Positions 1 through 9,232 of a DNA stretch of 31,854 nt are shown here, one piece after another. How positions within the stretch are numbered: the first letter of the stretch is position 1; each line of letters opens with the position of its first letter. Position numbers and translations under genes: made by a program. Origin of the DNA: Methanobacteriota archaeon. GTDB taxonomy: Archaea > Hydrothermarchaeota > Hydrothermarchaeia > Hydrothermarchaeales > JACRDW01. The notes below the pieces were generated by a model. It saw nothing but the letters and a program-made list of their open reading frames with translations, did no database searches and had not been told where the DNA came from. The stretch is from the NCBI GenBank assembly GCA_043820925.1, contig JBDRDL010000025.1:1-31854 (forward strand). The letters are read 5' to 3'.

Positions 1-763
1 GGCAGAAGGTAGCCTCAGCCAGAGCATTATTTTTGCTGTTTCTTTGATGAGCATTTTGGGCATTCATGAGCTTGGACATGCGCTAGTGGCAAGGAGGAAA
101 GGCATAGATGCCACGCTGCCTGTTTTCCTTCCAGTTCCTCCTCACGTTTTTCCATTCGGCACCTTGGGAGCTGTAATTTTCATGAATTCTCCAGTTCCGA
201 ACAGAAAATCTCTGCTGGACGTTGGAGTAGCAGGTCCGATAGCAGGATTTCTTCTCTGCCTGCCGATTTTGGCAGTCGGACTGGCATACTCGCAGGTCAT
301 GCCGCCTTCTGCTGTGCCAAAGGAAGGGGAACTTTTACTCGGACCATCGCTTCTTTTTTTGTTTTTGGCAAAGATTATTCTGGGAGATTTTACGTTAATC
401 GAGCTGCATCCACTGGCGATAGCAGGCTGGGCAGGTTTGTTTGTTACTTCTCTGAACTTGCTTCCGATGGGGCAACTCGACGGAGGGCACGTTGTAAGGA
501 GTTTGCTGCCCGTACACTACAGGAAAGCTTACTATAGCGTTGCTCTGCTTCTAATCGCTGTAGGTCTGGGCTTCTGGCCCGGCTGGATTTTCTGGGTGCT
601 GGTCGTGAGTTTGCTGACCAAGATGGAGCATCCAGGTCCGCTGGACGATGTTTCAGAGCTGGACTTGAATAGAAAAATTCTTGCCTTTATAGCGTTTCTA
701 ATACTCATAGTATCTTTTATGCCGGTGCCAATAATGCCAGCTGAACTAGTGAGATTTAAATAG
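1..763 (+). CDS. Site-2 protease (peptidase M50), 5'-truncated by window edge
   Basis: HELGH zinc motif, NLLPMGQLDGG motif, several TM segments; frame appears open from the window start. Confidence 0.9.
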   Translation, partial: AEGSLSQSIIFAVSLMSILGIHELGHALVARRKGIDATLPVFLPVPPHVFPFGTLGAVIFMNSPVPNRKSLLDVGVAGPIAGFLLCLPILAVGLAYSQVMPPSAVPKEGELLLGPSLLFLFLAKIILGDFTLIELHPLAIAGWAGLFVTSLNLLPMGQLDGGHVVRSLLPVHYRKAYYSVALLLIAVGLGFWPGWIFWVLVVSLLTKMEHPGPLDDVSELDLNRKILAFIAFLILIVSFMPVPIMPAELVRFK

Positions 764-796
764 TTAATAAAACAATATAATTCTCGGTGAAGGTGG

Positions 797-1099
797 ATGA
801 AAGGCGGCATTGGGTTCATAAAAAGGTCAGAAATTGCACCGGAAGGTAAAGATTCCGACGTTTGCGCAGAGTGCAGGGCAGCCGGGCTGAACATATGCGA
901 GGTAGACGAAATCTGCCAGATGAGACTTGCAAATGCGCTGGGGAAACCGCATACCGAAATAGCCACTTCAATAGACCACGCCAGAAAAAAAGGACTGATA
1001 GATGTCAGGTACGTTAAGCTCAAAGACAGACCCAAGAGGTTCATAAGAATAACAGAACAGGGCAAGATGTTCTTCGGCAGTCAGAATTTATATAAGTAG
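797..1099 (+). CDS. Small hypothetical protein, putative winged-helix DNA-binding domain with N-terminal Cys cluster
   Basis: GAAGGTGG RBS before ATG; C-terminus ...KKGLI...RPKRFIRITEQGK resembles a MarR/wHTH wing; CxxC-x7-C-x5-C. Confidence 0.55.
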   Translation: MKGGIGFIKRSEIAPEGKDSDVCAECRAAGLNICEVDEICQMRLANALGKPHTEIATSIDHARKKGLIDVRYVKLKDRPKRFIRITEQGKMFFGSQNLYK

Positions 1100-1467
1100 A
1101 AGCTGGTTTTCTTGTAGTTTACAATTTTACCCCTGGTTTTAACAAAATCTGAAGAAAGCGAGCGAACGATTAAATCAGCTCCAACTTTGCGGGCAATGTT
1201 CTCCAGATGAGGATATAGCTCAGGGGGAGGTCTTATTGAGTATATCAGCTCTGCATCTTTGTATATGCTGATGTCCGGCTCTGCAACATCGTCTTTAATT
1301 ATCCCTCCACTCTCAACCACATCAGTGGCGATTATCTGCGCATTTAGCTTCTTTCTCAGCTCCTGCAGCACAGAAAATTCCCTTCCCGCACCTACCTCGA
1401 CTATTTTTTTCGCATTCGAATAATTCTTGGCAATGTATTCAGCAAAGTCTTTATAATCCTGCAGCAT
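1081..1467 (-). CDS. UPF0146 family protein (Rossmann/methyltransferase-like)
   Basis: KIVEVGAG, DDV..PD..IY..AELIYSIRPPPEL signature. Confidence 0.85.
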   Translation of the reverse strand: MLQDYKDFAEYIAKNYSNAKKIVEVGAGREFSVLQELRKKLNAQIIATDVVESGGIIKDDVAEPDISIYKDAELIYSIRPPPELYPHLENIARKVGADLIVRSLSSDFVKTRGKIVNYKKTSFYLYKF

Positions 1468-1480
1468 TCAATCACCTTTT

Positions 1481-1990
1481 ATGATAGAGATGGTTCCATT
1501 CGGGGAAGTGGATGCAAAGCTATTACAGGATATTTGCAAGGAAGTTGAAATTGTTTTCGGTGAATGCGCTATTTCAGGCAAGAAACTGCAAGTGCCAAAA
1601 GAGAATTTTGACGAGAAAAGAAAGCAATACGAATCCAAGTACTTCCTCGAAGTACTGGCAAGGCATGCGAAAAATTCTAATGCAGAAAAAATTTTAGGAA
1701 TCACAGACGAAGATTTATTTACCCCCGGCCTGAACTTCATATTCGGTCAAGCGTACGTGAGTGGGAGAATTTGCATCATCTCCACGCACAGATTGAATCC
1801 AAGGTTTTACGGGGCGAGAGAAAACGAAATCCTGCTGCTCGGGAGGTGTGCGAAAGAAGCTATTCATGAGCTGGGGCACTGCTTTGGTTTGGAGCACTGC
1901 AGCGACAGGAGATGTGTAATGGTATTTTCAAACAGCATCATAGACGTGGATAGAAAAACTAAGAAATTTTGTGAAAAGTGCAGAATATGA
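1481..1990 (+). CDS. amzA: Archaemetzincin zinc metalloprotease
   Basis: HELGHCFGLEHC..RCVM.FSNS...D.K...FCEKC motif. Confidence 0.92.
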   Translation: MIEMVPFGEVDAKLLQDICKEVEIVFGECAISGKKLQVPKENFDEKRKQYESKYFLEVLARHAKNSNAEKILGITDEDLFTPGLNFIFGQAYVSGRICIISTHRLNPRFYGARENEILLLGRCAKEAIHELGHCFGLEHCSDRRCVMVFSNSIIDVDRKTKKFCEKCRI

Positions 1991-2433
1991 TAATAATCAG
2001 GAAGTTCAGACCAAGCGACTTGGGCAGGGTTCACGAGATAGAATGCAAGTCTTTCAAAGACCCGTATCACGCTTTATTTTTATTAAATCTTTACGAGACT
2101 TATCCCGACACTTTTTTTGTTGCCGAAGAAAATGGCGCAGTCGTGGGCTACGTTATATCCAGAATGGTCAACAGGAGCGGGCATGTATTAGCAATAGCGG
2201 TTGACCCGAGGCACAGAAACAGAGGACTCGGAAGAGCTCTAATGAATGCCGTAACCGAGAGGCTGAGAGAATTTGGCATGAAAGATATTTATCTTGAGGT
2301 AAGGATTTCAAATACTGCAGCGATAAACTTCTACAAAAAGCTCGGCTTCGAAGAGAGCGGAATCGTGCGCTCATACTACTCGGATGGCGAGGATGCAGTA
2401 ATATTGAAAAAAATATTTAACGCTTGCGAATGA
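1987..2433 (+). CDS. rimI: RimI/Ard1-type GNAT N-acetyltransferase
   Basis: IAVDPRHRNRGLG acetyl-CoA motif, LEVRISN..A..FY, YYSDGEDA; ATGA overlap with amzA stop. Confidence 0.9.
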   Translation: MIIIRKFRPSDLGRVHEIECKSFKDPYHALFLLNLYETYPDTFFVAEENGAVVGYVISRMVNRSGHVLAIAVDPRHRNRGLGRALMNAVTERLREFGMKDIYLEVRISNTAAINFYKKLGFEESGIVRSYYSDGEDAVILKKIFNACE

Positions 2434-2704
2434 TTTCGCTCTTGCACCTCTTGGCTAATTCGCCCAGCCTGTTCGCAACATTCCTCGGAATTATCTCATT
2501 GTTTTCTGCGAGCACATTCGATATTCCATGGGCGAGAACGAACATCGCATACTTGTGCTCGCTTTTGGTTCGATGGATGTGGTGCGGACTAATACCGAGG
2601 TTGGTGTACTCTTCGAAGAACGACTTCGAAACGCCGTTGTCTATCAGGAACTTCATCAGGTATGTAAGAAGCTGGTGCAGGTGTATCAGCTCGTCCTTGT
2701 ACAT
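2417..2704 (-). CDS. UPF0058 family putative metal-binding protein
   Basis: MYKDELIHLHQLL...ISPHHIHRTKSEHKYA signature. Confidence 0.85.
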   Translation of the reverse strand: MYKDELIHLHQLLTYLMKFLIDNGVSKSFFEEYTNLGISPHHIHRTKSEHKYAMFVLAHGISNVLAENNEIIPRNVANRLGELAKRCKSEIIRKR

Positions 2705-2717
2705 TTGCTAACCCTCT

Positions 2718-3905
2718 TTAACCTAAATCGCTTGCAGTGAGCAGCCTGAGCTCGGTAGGTTTTTTTATTATGTTTCCTACCTTTGCGCCCACCAGATATT
2801 CAACCTCTTTTTCGCTGGCGATTTCTACCAGTCTCTGCGTAACCACGCCGTCGAATATTACTGCGGAAACCTTCTCCTTCGAATTCTGCAGCGCAATCGC
2901 TAAATCTCTGACCGCAACTTCCTTGATGACGTTTGCATCCTGATCCAGCAAGTAAGCTTTCAGTGTTCCAGACAGATCGTTAAAAAATTTTTTGAACTTC
3001 TCTGCCTTTCCGTCATTCTTCCTAACTTGAGGAGCCTCGACCTGCGGCTTAAACTCTTTTGTTTCTGGCTTGCTCGGTATGCCGCCGTGAACCTGTTCTG
3101 CCGGTATCTTGTTTCTCAGGGCTTTGAATATCTCCTTCTTGGTAAGCTCCTCTACTTCCTTACCGTCGGGCGCTCTTGCGATGAAGTCTACTTCTGCAAC
3201 CTGAAGCAGCTCTCTGAGTATCAGCTCTCCACCTCTATCGGCATCTGTAAATGCGGTCACAGTCTTCTTTTTGCTCAAGTCGATTATCGTCTGGGGTATG
3301 CTTGTACCTTCGACAGCTATCGCATTTTTTATTCCGTTTTTCAGCAGGTTGAGAATGTCAGCCCTGCCCTCGACCACGATTATTGCATCTGACTCGTCGA
3401 TGTTTGGACCTGCTGGAAGATTTTCCCTGCCGTAGTTAACAACTTCCCCAACCCTAACCGACTGTGCGACTTCCTCTGTAATCTCCAGCGTGTCAGGGGT
3501 TATCTCCTCAACCATCGTAGCTAAAATGTTCTTTGCCCTGTCTATAACTTTTCTCCTCTTAGAAACTCTCACGTCTTCGATGCCCTCGACCACTATCGTC
3601 GCCTCGCAGGGTCCAACCCTGTCTATCGTTTCGAGCGCAGCTGCGAGAATTGCGGTCTCCACCTTGTCCAGGCTGGAGGGCATGTTAATCGTTCCCCTCG
3701 ACTTTCCTCCCTTTGACTCGATGTTAACCTCTATCCTTCCAATTCTCCCGGTCTTCTGCAGTTCTCTCAGATCCAGGTCATTTCCCAACAAACCTTCGGT
3801 TTGTCCAAATATAGCTCCGACAACGTCTGGTTTATCGATTACGCCGTTGGTCTCAATTCTTGTATGGACTACATATTTAGTAGTACCCAAATCAATTTTA
3901 CTCAT
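2718..3905 (-). CDS. dnaG: Archaeal DnaG (TOPRIM; exosome-associated)
   Basis: [47 protein letters not shown] 3905 has GGAGG RBS, alternative TTG 3938 has GGTGA RBS. Confidence 0.95.
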   Translation of the reverse strand: MSKIDLGTTKYVVHTRIETNGVIDKPDVVGAIFGQTEGLLGNDLDLRELQKTGRIGRIEVNIESKGGKSRGTINMPSSLDKVETAILAAALETIDRVGPCEATIVVEGIEDVRVSKRRKVIDRAKNILATMVEEITPDTLEITEEVAQSVRVGEVVNYGRENLPAGPNIDESDAIIVVEGRADILNLLKNGIKNAIAVEGTSIPQTIIDLSKKKTVTAFTDADRGGELILRELLQVAEVDFIARAPDGKEVEELTKKEIFKALRNKIPAEQVHGGIPSKPETKEFKPQVEAPQVRKNDGKAEKFKKFFNDLSGTLKAYLLDQDANVIKEVAVRDLAIALQNSKEKVSAVIFDGVVTQRLVEIASEKEVEYLVGAKVGNIIKKPTELRLLTASDLG

Positions 3906-4059
3906 TTGAGTTGCCTCCTCTAATTCAATTTGCTGCAATTAATCCTCACCTTCCCAATCTTCAGCGAAGCATCTCATAACTAAACTACGCTTCATTAGAC
4001 TTCAACTAGATGTGAGAATGATATTGCTATTTGAAATTTATCCAAACAACTATTTAATA

Positions 4060-4737
4060 TTAACGTATCCCATCAGCCAAATCCAGCAGCACGGTATTTG
4101 GATTCTTTGCTTTCACCACGCCAGATGCCAGTAAAACTCCTTCTGCTCCCAGCTCGATTGCGGCTCGGACATCCTCACCAGTCGTTATGCCCGCACCGCA
4201 CAGAACAGCGATTTTTTTGTCGATGCGCTTCACGGCTTCTACAGAATTAGAAACTATCTCCGGGTCTGCCTTGGAAACCGGCACGCCAGTTCCTATAAGT
4301 GCGGGAGGCTCAACCGCTATTGAATAAGGACGCAGCTTCGCCAAGGCTGCGCTGGTGTCTGTATCTTTTGCACATACGATTGTAATTAAACCAAGCTGCT
4401 TAGCCTGCTGTACCGCTGCATCTATATCTGCCATCTTCATCGAATGCTCGGAGTGATTCAGCAAGGTTCCGACCGCACCTGCTGCCTTTACTGCTTCAAG
4501 AACTACATAACCTGTTTTGCTCCCTGCTTCGAAGGAATCTGCGTGCTGCGCAAGGCAGGGGATTTTTACCTGCCTCGCTATCCATGCGAGGTCCACCTGC
4601 TGGGGTGCGATGGCGATACTAACGCTTGTTTCTTCAGCTACGCTTTCGCATATTCTAGCAAGCGCAAGACCTTTCTCGCCCATGGATTCTCTGTAGGATT
4701 TGAAGTTCAGGACTATGCAGGGAGTTTTGAGTTTCAT
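4060..4737 (-). CDS. tpiA: Triosephosphate isomerase, archaeal type
   Basis: LNFKSY, LNHSE, AVEPPALIGTG, GAGI, GVLLASG. Confidence 0.96.
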   Translation of the reverse strand: MKLKTPCIVLNFKSYRESMGEKGLALARICESVAEETSVSIAIAPQQVDLAWIARQVKIPCLAQHADSFEAGSKTGYVVLEAVKAAGAVGTLLNHSEHSMKMADIDAAVQQAKQLGLITIVCAKDTDTSAALAKLRPYSIAVEPPALIGTGVPVSKADPEIVSNSVEAVKRIDKKIAVLCGAGITTGEDVRAAIELGAEGVLLASGVVKAKNPNTVLLDLADGIR

Positions 4738-4826
4738 GGTGCACCTTTATGCTGTGTTATGCGCCGTTTCGCCATTTCTGTCATACTCAACACTTGACAT
4801 AATAGTTTTCATTCCTTACTCTCCGT

Positions 4827-5093
4827 TTAGAATTTCCTTTTTTGTCTGGCGACAAGTGGAATGCAGTCATCCTCGTAAAGCTCTACTAGCTTCTGTTTTT
4901 CTTTATCATCCATTTTGCCCAATGCCTGTTTTGCTAACTCAATATCATGATTATCTGGCATCTTTTCCTCGGTCCATCTTGCATATCCGCATATCGGACA
5001 CGCCGCCTCAAAGTAGAAGCTATCATAGGTGGAGACAATCATCTCCTCAAAACCACAGTATGTGCATTGTTCTGCCCAAGTGTGTGAGCCCAT
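4827..5093 (-). CDS. Small zinc-ribbon hypothetical protein
   Basis: CTYCG...CPICG pairs; strong GAGGAGG RBS. Confidence 0.65.
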   Translation of the reverse strand: MGSHTWAEQCTYCGFEEMIVSTYDSFYFEAACPICGYARWTEEKMPDNHDIELAKQALGKMDDKEKQKLVELYEDDCIPLVARQKRKF

Positions 5094-5113
5094 AATTTTA
5101 CCTCCTCATATTT

Positions 5114-5929
5114 CTAAATACCGAGTTCCTTTTCAAGATATACAAATGCTTTTTTACGTTCGTAAAGCTCCTTTATTTTTTCCAACTCAATAAATCTTAA
5201 TTGTTCTTTAATCTCATGAAAGGTCCCCGAAAGTAAAGCTTTTACCTTATTAAAATCTTCCTGAGATGTTACTATAAAAATACGGCTATTCCATAAGTCA
5301 AAGGCGTGTTTCAGTTTGGATAGGTCATGATAAACATCACCTTTTACATTAACTTCAAACACATAAGTTGGCACAGATCGCTCTACTCTCCTCCAGACTA
5401 CATCGAGTTTTCCTATATCAAAAGAATATTCCTCCTCAGCGATATATCCTTGCAGTTTTCCGATCTCTACTAACCTTCGTTTAATCTCTTTATGAGAGAC
5501 AGGTTCTTCTAACTTTTCCACACGAGGCTCTTTAAATTTTAAAATGATTTCTTGAGCCAGTGAAGTGTCAACCTGCCTAAAGCTTAGTCCTGCTTTAAAC
5601 CTTAATAACTCAGAAGTTAGCTTATCTGTTTCCCATTTGTCTGGAGGAAGACAATGTTCAATGTTAAACTCGAATCGCAATGGCCAAAGTACTTTGTTTT
5701 TCCTGATTTCGTCAGACCAGAAAGGCTGAGTTTGACGAAACTTCATTTTAACGATTCCGTACCCAATTATGCCGGCGACTGGCCGCATAACATAGAACAA
5801 AATCACATCACTTTCTTTTAGGGCGTCGTAGCGATGCTTTTGCCTATCTGTAAGACCCCAAATATTGCCCTTTTCGAATGCCTCTTTCCAATTTTCAATT
5901 GTCCCTACTGCCAACCAATAGCTCGCCAT
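5114..5929 (-). CDS. EVE domain fused to PD-(D/E)xK-like nuclease; putative modification-dependent restriction endonuclease
   Basis: N-terminal YWL...NW...WG...D.ILFY....GIIG EVE pattern; C-terminal E..KLDVVW...VFEV nuclease-like core; AT-richer than neighbours. Confidence 0.75.
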   Translation of the reverse strand: MASYWLAVGTIENWKEAFEKGNIWGLTDRQKHRYDALKESDVILFYVMRPVAGIIGYGIVKMKFRQTQPFWSDEIRKNKVLWPLRFEFNIEHCLPPDKWETDKLTSELLRFKAGLSFRQVDTSLAQEIILKFKEPRVEKLEEPVSHKEIKRRLVEIGKLQGYIAEEEYSFDIGKLDVVWRRVERSVPTYVFEVNVKGDVYHDLSKLKHAFDLWNSRIFIVTSQEDFNKVKALLSGTFHEIKEQLRFIELEKIKELYERKKAFVYLEKELGI

Positions 5930-5992
5930 TTATCTATCTCTCCCTGAGTCTTAGAATTCTTCAAATATTTCTATCAGCCGACTTGACATTCT

Positions 5993-7105
5993 TCACTCAA
6001 CCTTCTCAAATCTTCCCTTAAGCTTCTCCATGACCTTCGGCAGCGTCGTGTATTCCATTTCTTCCAGCGGCAGGCGGTGGGGCTCAAAGGGTCCATGGCG
6101 TCGCATATACTCTGCGATTTCCTGGGCCTTTCTTCTCGTCTCGTCGTATGCAGGGTCGTCGAATAAATCTGCAGGTCCAATCAGCCTTCCGTTGCTAACC
6201 TGAAAACCTGCTGCTATGCATCTGGGAGGACCATCAAATCTTGTACATCTTGCATCTTTAAAGGAAACAGGCATTAGAGGGCCGTTATGCGAGCCCCTCA
6301 TCCAGCCGCTCACCAGGTAAGGAAGTGCGAATGGCTCCAGAACCTCGCCTAAAGCAGGCAAGCCTGACTGCGCTCTGACGAGTGCAACAGGGTCGTCCTT
6401 ACCGACGTATTCTCCTGCGATTTGATACAGCTTTTCAGTGCTAACGGCTGCAACCGGCTCGTTCGAAGGCAGCTTGTGCCCTTCTTTCGGAAAAACTCTC
6501 TTTATAACGTACCTCGATTTTGCACCAATCAGAGCAAGTATGTCATAGGTTTCTTCAGGAGCGTTCATGAAAACACGCCTGTGCTTTAGTATGTCCCATA
6601 CCTCGAACCTGAAGCCTGAATGCAGGCTCGGGTCGATTATTAAGCCTGCGGTGTTGAAAGGGTCTGCGAAGATTTTGTACATCGGCAAATTAAAAGCTCC
6701 AGGTTCTGTCTTGTCCATCATGAAAGCGATGAGCGGCTCTGCCTTTCTTTCAGTAAATTCTAATTCAGCTATTCCGGGTCCCATGCCCCGAATATTCCCA
6801 GAAAAAGCATCGCTGAGCAAGTCCTGACCTGCTCCATAGAGCTTCAATTCCTTTGCAACTTCTGTAGCTGCCTTAAAAGTATTCCAGGCAAGCGAATGCA
6901 CTTCGCTGCTGTTCTCGCCCTTGGAGTGGCTCATCAAAAGCTGCAGGTCATCTCCAGCTGCAAGTACATGGAAATCGACAAGCAGTTTTTGTTTCTTCGC
7001 CTTCTCCAGTTTTTTTCTTGCTATTTCCGATAATGCTGGATGAACCGAGGAATGCCCCGGATATCCGCCCACATCTGCCTTTATCAAACTTACAGTTACT
7101 TTCAT
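5993..7105 (-). CDS. fbp: Bifunctional fructose-1,6-bisphosphate aldolase/phosphatase
   Basis: SLIKADVGGYPGH, YGAGQDLL, YVGKDDP, GWMRGSHNGPLMP, RFDGPPR, HGPFEPHRL. Confidence 0.97.
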   Translation of the reverse strand: MKVTVSLIKADVGGYPGHSSVHPALSEIARKKLEKAKKQKLLVDFHVLAAGDDLQLLMSHSKGENSSEVHSLAWNTFKAATEVAKELKLYGAGQDLLSDAFSGNIRGMGPGIAELEFTERKAEPLIAFMMDKTEPGAFNLPMYKIFADPFNTAGLIIDPSLHSGFRFEVWDILKHRRVFMNAPEETYDILALIGAKSRYVIKRVFPKEGHKLPSNEPVAAVSTEKLYQIAGEYVGKDDPVALVRAQSGLPALGEVLEPFALPYLVSGWMRGSHNGPLMPVSFKDARCTRFDGPPRCIAAGFQVSNGRLIGPADLFDDPAYDETRRKAQEIAEYMRRHGPFEPHRLPLEEMEYTTLPKVMEKLKGRFEKVE

Positions 7106-7890
7106 TTTTTACCTCCGAAATATATTTTTGTACATGAAGCATTTCTCCAGTACTTTCCAAACTCGATAGTTTTCTCCATCTCTTTATCTCTGAATGTCGG
7201 ACCCTCTTTACAGACCCTGAACCCTGTCTCGTCCATAACGCAGTGACCGCATATTCCTATTCCGCATTTTATGTAGCGATGCAGGGAAACCTGGGTTGGA
7301 ATATCCTTCTCCTTCGCCTGCTGGAGCACCTTGAGCATCATTATCTCAGGGCCGCAGGTGAAGCACTGGTCAAAGCTTTTTTCTTTTAAAACTTCTCTGA
7401 GCACGTCAGTGGTAAAACCTTTTGTGCCGGCAGTGCCGTCGTCTGTTGCGATCAATACCTCCGCTCCCGCATTTCGCATTCTGTCCACGAAGAGAAGCTC
7501 TGCCTTCGTTAATGCGCCAACGATAGCTGTGACTCTCTTGCCTTCCTTCAGCGCCTTCTCAGCAAGCGGAGCGAGCGGGGCTATTCCGCTTCCTCCTCCC
7601 ACGACAAGAATTTTTTTTCCATGGACATTGAAACCCTTCCCCAGAGGAGCACGAACTCCGAGCAGGTCGCCCTCCTTCATTTTGTGCATCTTTGAAGAGA
7701 AAGGTCCGAGTTTTAATACCGTAACTCCAAGCAGTCCTGAGGTATGGGAGAGGCTCATCGGCTTCTCGTCCAGGCCAGGAATCCAGAACATCCCGAACTG
7801 CCCCGGCGTTGCGTCCACTTCCATATCAAACATGAATGTCTTTATCCTGGGCGTCTCCTGAATGATTTTCTTTATTTTTGCGGCTTGCAT
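7102..7890 (-). CDS. pyrK: Dihydroorotate dehydrogenase electron transfer subunit (FAD, 2Fe-2S)
   Basis: PGQF.MFW, GGGSGIAP, CGPE.MM, CGIGICGHC...VCKEGP. Confidence 0.88.
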   Translation of the reverse strand: MQAAKIKKIIQETPRIKTFMFDMEVDATPGQFGMFWIPGLDEKPMSLSHTSGLLGVTVLKLGPFSSKMHKMKEGDLLGVRAPLGKGFNVHGKKILVVGGGSGIAPLAPLAEKALKEGKRVTAIVGALTKAELLFVDRMRNAGAEVLIATDDGTAGTKGFTTDVLREVLKEKSFDQCFTCGPEIMMLKVLQQAKEKDIPTQVSLHRYIKCGIGICGHCVMDETGFRVCKEGPTFRDKEMEKTIEFGKYWRNASCTKIYFGGKK

Positions 7891-7921
7891 GAAAACGAGT
7901 TATTCGCACTCGTTAATAAAT

Positions 7922-8638
7922 TTATTTATGCGGATACAGCCTCCCCACCAGCTTCGCAGCGATGCTGCTCAGCTCCATCGCAAGCTGAGAATCGGGTTTG
8001 TGCAGCGCAAGCGGCTTCCCCTCAAACAGCGCTTTCTTCACAGCATCGTCCTCCCTTATTTCCCCAATTACCTCGATGTCGAGGATGTCTGAAATCCTTT
8101 CCTTAGGTATATCGTATCTGCTTCCGGTTTTATTTATCACCACCCCCAGTATGATGCACCCTACCTTCTTCGCAACCATGATTGTTTTTAGGGCTTCTGA
8201 TATTGCGCTGATGTCAGGAGTAACAACGAGAATAACTTGCTCGCAGGCTGAGAGCGCAGTTACGGCATCCCTGCCCAATCCCGGTGGACAGTCTACTATA
8301 ACGACTTCATACGTCTTCGAAAGCTCCTCGACAGCTTTTTCAAAAATACCGAAATCGATACCTGTCAAGCCTTCCATACCCAGCTCGCCGACAACAACTT
8401 TTATCCCGCCCATGCTCACAAGAGCATCGTTTATGCTCCTCTTACCTGAGAGAACTTCGTGAATAGAAGCAGGATAAGATTTTATACCCATTATCAGGCC
8501 CAGACTTGCGCCTTCAACATTGCCGTCCACAACAACCGTGCTTACCTTGAACTTAGAAAGCGCTATAGCTAGATTCGCAGCTATCGTGCTCTTACCGACG
8601 CCGCCCTTTCCGGATGCAACGGCAATGCTGATGCCCAT
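7922..8638 (-). CDS. minD: MinD/ParA family ATPase (no obvious C-terminal membrane-targeting helix)
   Basis: Deviant Walker A SGKGGVGKS, DCPPG, VINK. Confidence 0.85.
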   Translation of the reverse strand: MGISIAVASGKGGVGKSTIAANLAIALSKFKVSTVVVDGNVEGASLGLIMGIKSYPASIHEVLSGKRSINDALVSMGGIKVVVGELGMEGLTGIDFGIFEKAVEELSKTYEVVIVDCPPGLGRDAVTALSACEQVILVVTPDISAISEALKTIMVAKKVGCIILGVVINKTGSRYDIPKERISDILDIEVIGEIREDDAVKKALFEGKPLALHKPDSQLAMELSSIAAKLVGRLYPHK

Positions 8639-8641
8639 GCT

Positions 8642-9022
8642 TCACCTCTTCGGCGGAGTTTCCAGAAGCCACTTTACAGTTTCGATTAATTTTTCCCTGT
8701 CTATCGGTTTAGAAATGTGCCAGTCTGCAAGAGACTCTTCCAGACTTTTCACCTTGTCCTCTTCCGCAGTCCTTACCGTAAGCATTGCAACCGGAATCGA
8801 CTTGAACTTCTCGTCCTCCTTGATTTTCTTCGAGACCTCCCAGCCGAGCATTCCCGGCATCATTATGTCAAGCAAAATTAGGTCAGGTCTTTCTTTTTTC
8901 AATCTCTCCAGACAATCCCTACCGTCTCTGGCTTCTATAACTTCATATCCCTCCTTCTCCAACATCTTTCTCAAAAGGTATCTTATATCAGGCTCATCAT
9001 CTACGACCATTATCTTGCTCAT
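8642..9022 (-). CDS. Single-domain response regulator (receiver)
   Basis: VVDDE, LILLDIMMP phosphoacceptor Asp, MLT, SKP; start set at MSKIM. Confidence 0.92.
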   Translation of the reverse strand: MSKIMVVDDEPDIRYLLRKMLEKEGYEVIEARDGRDCLERLKKERPDLILLDIMMPGMLGWEVSKKIKEDEKFKSIPVAMLTVRTAEEDKVKSLEESLADWHISKPIDREKLIETVKWLLETPPKR

Positions 9023-9090
9023 GAACGACCCCCTAATTAAAAAAACACTTACCACTTAAAAAGTTTATGCCTTGCAATTATAACTTTGGG

Positions 9091-9151
9091 GGGTCTGTAA
9101 GAGTGGTGGAAAAGGAAAGGAGGTGAAAAAAAGGCTTCATCTTACAGACCC
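9091..9151. other. Perfect 12-bp inverted repeat with SD/anti-SD-containing loop; candidate small RNA or regulatory hairpin
   Basis: gggtctgtaaga (9091-9102) / tcttacagaccc (9140-9151); loop contains AGGAGGTGA (+) = TCACCTCCT (-). Confidence 0.6.
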
Positions 9152-9232
9152 TTTGCCCCATTAATAATTTATTTTCTTTCTTTTATTACTTTCGATTTGC
9201 CTACGTTTATTTCTAATGCAGCGCATGGAAAA

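Noticed and set aside
3940..4030. Possible C/D-box sRNA upstream of dnaG (- strand ATGAAG...CTGA)
   Set aside because: Box C is a poor match and no convincing D'/C' pair is present
4747..4812. 21-aa ORF (MKTIMSSVEYDRNGETAHNTA) and a GCATAAC motif reminiscent of an integron attC inverse core
   Set aside because: Too short to support; no matching GTTRRRY core or attC-like palindrome found around the islet
7894..7914. 7-bp hairpin aacgagt/actcgtt just upstream of pyrK
   Set aside because: Short, single copy, no similarity to the repeat family; could be chance
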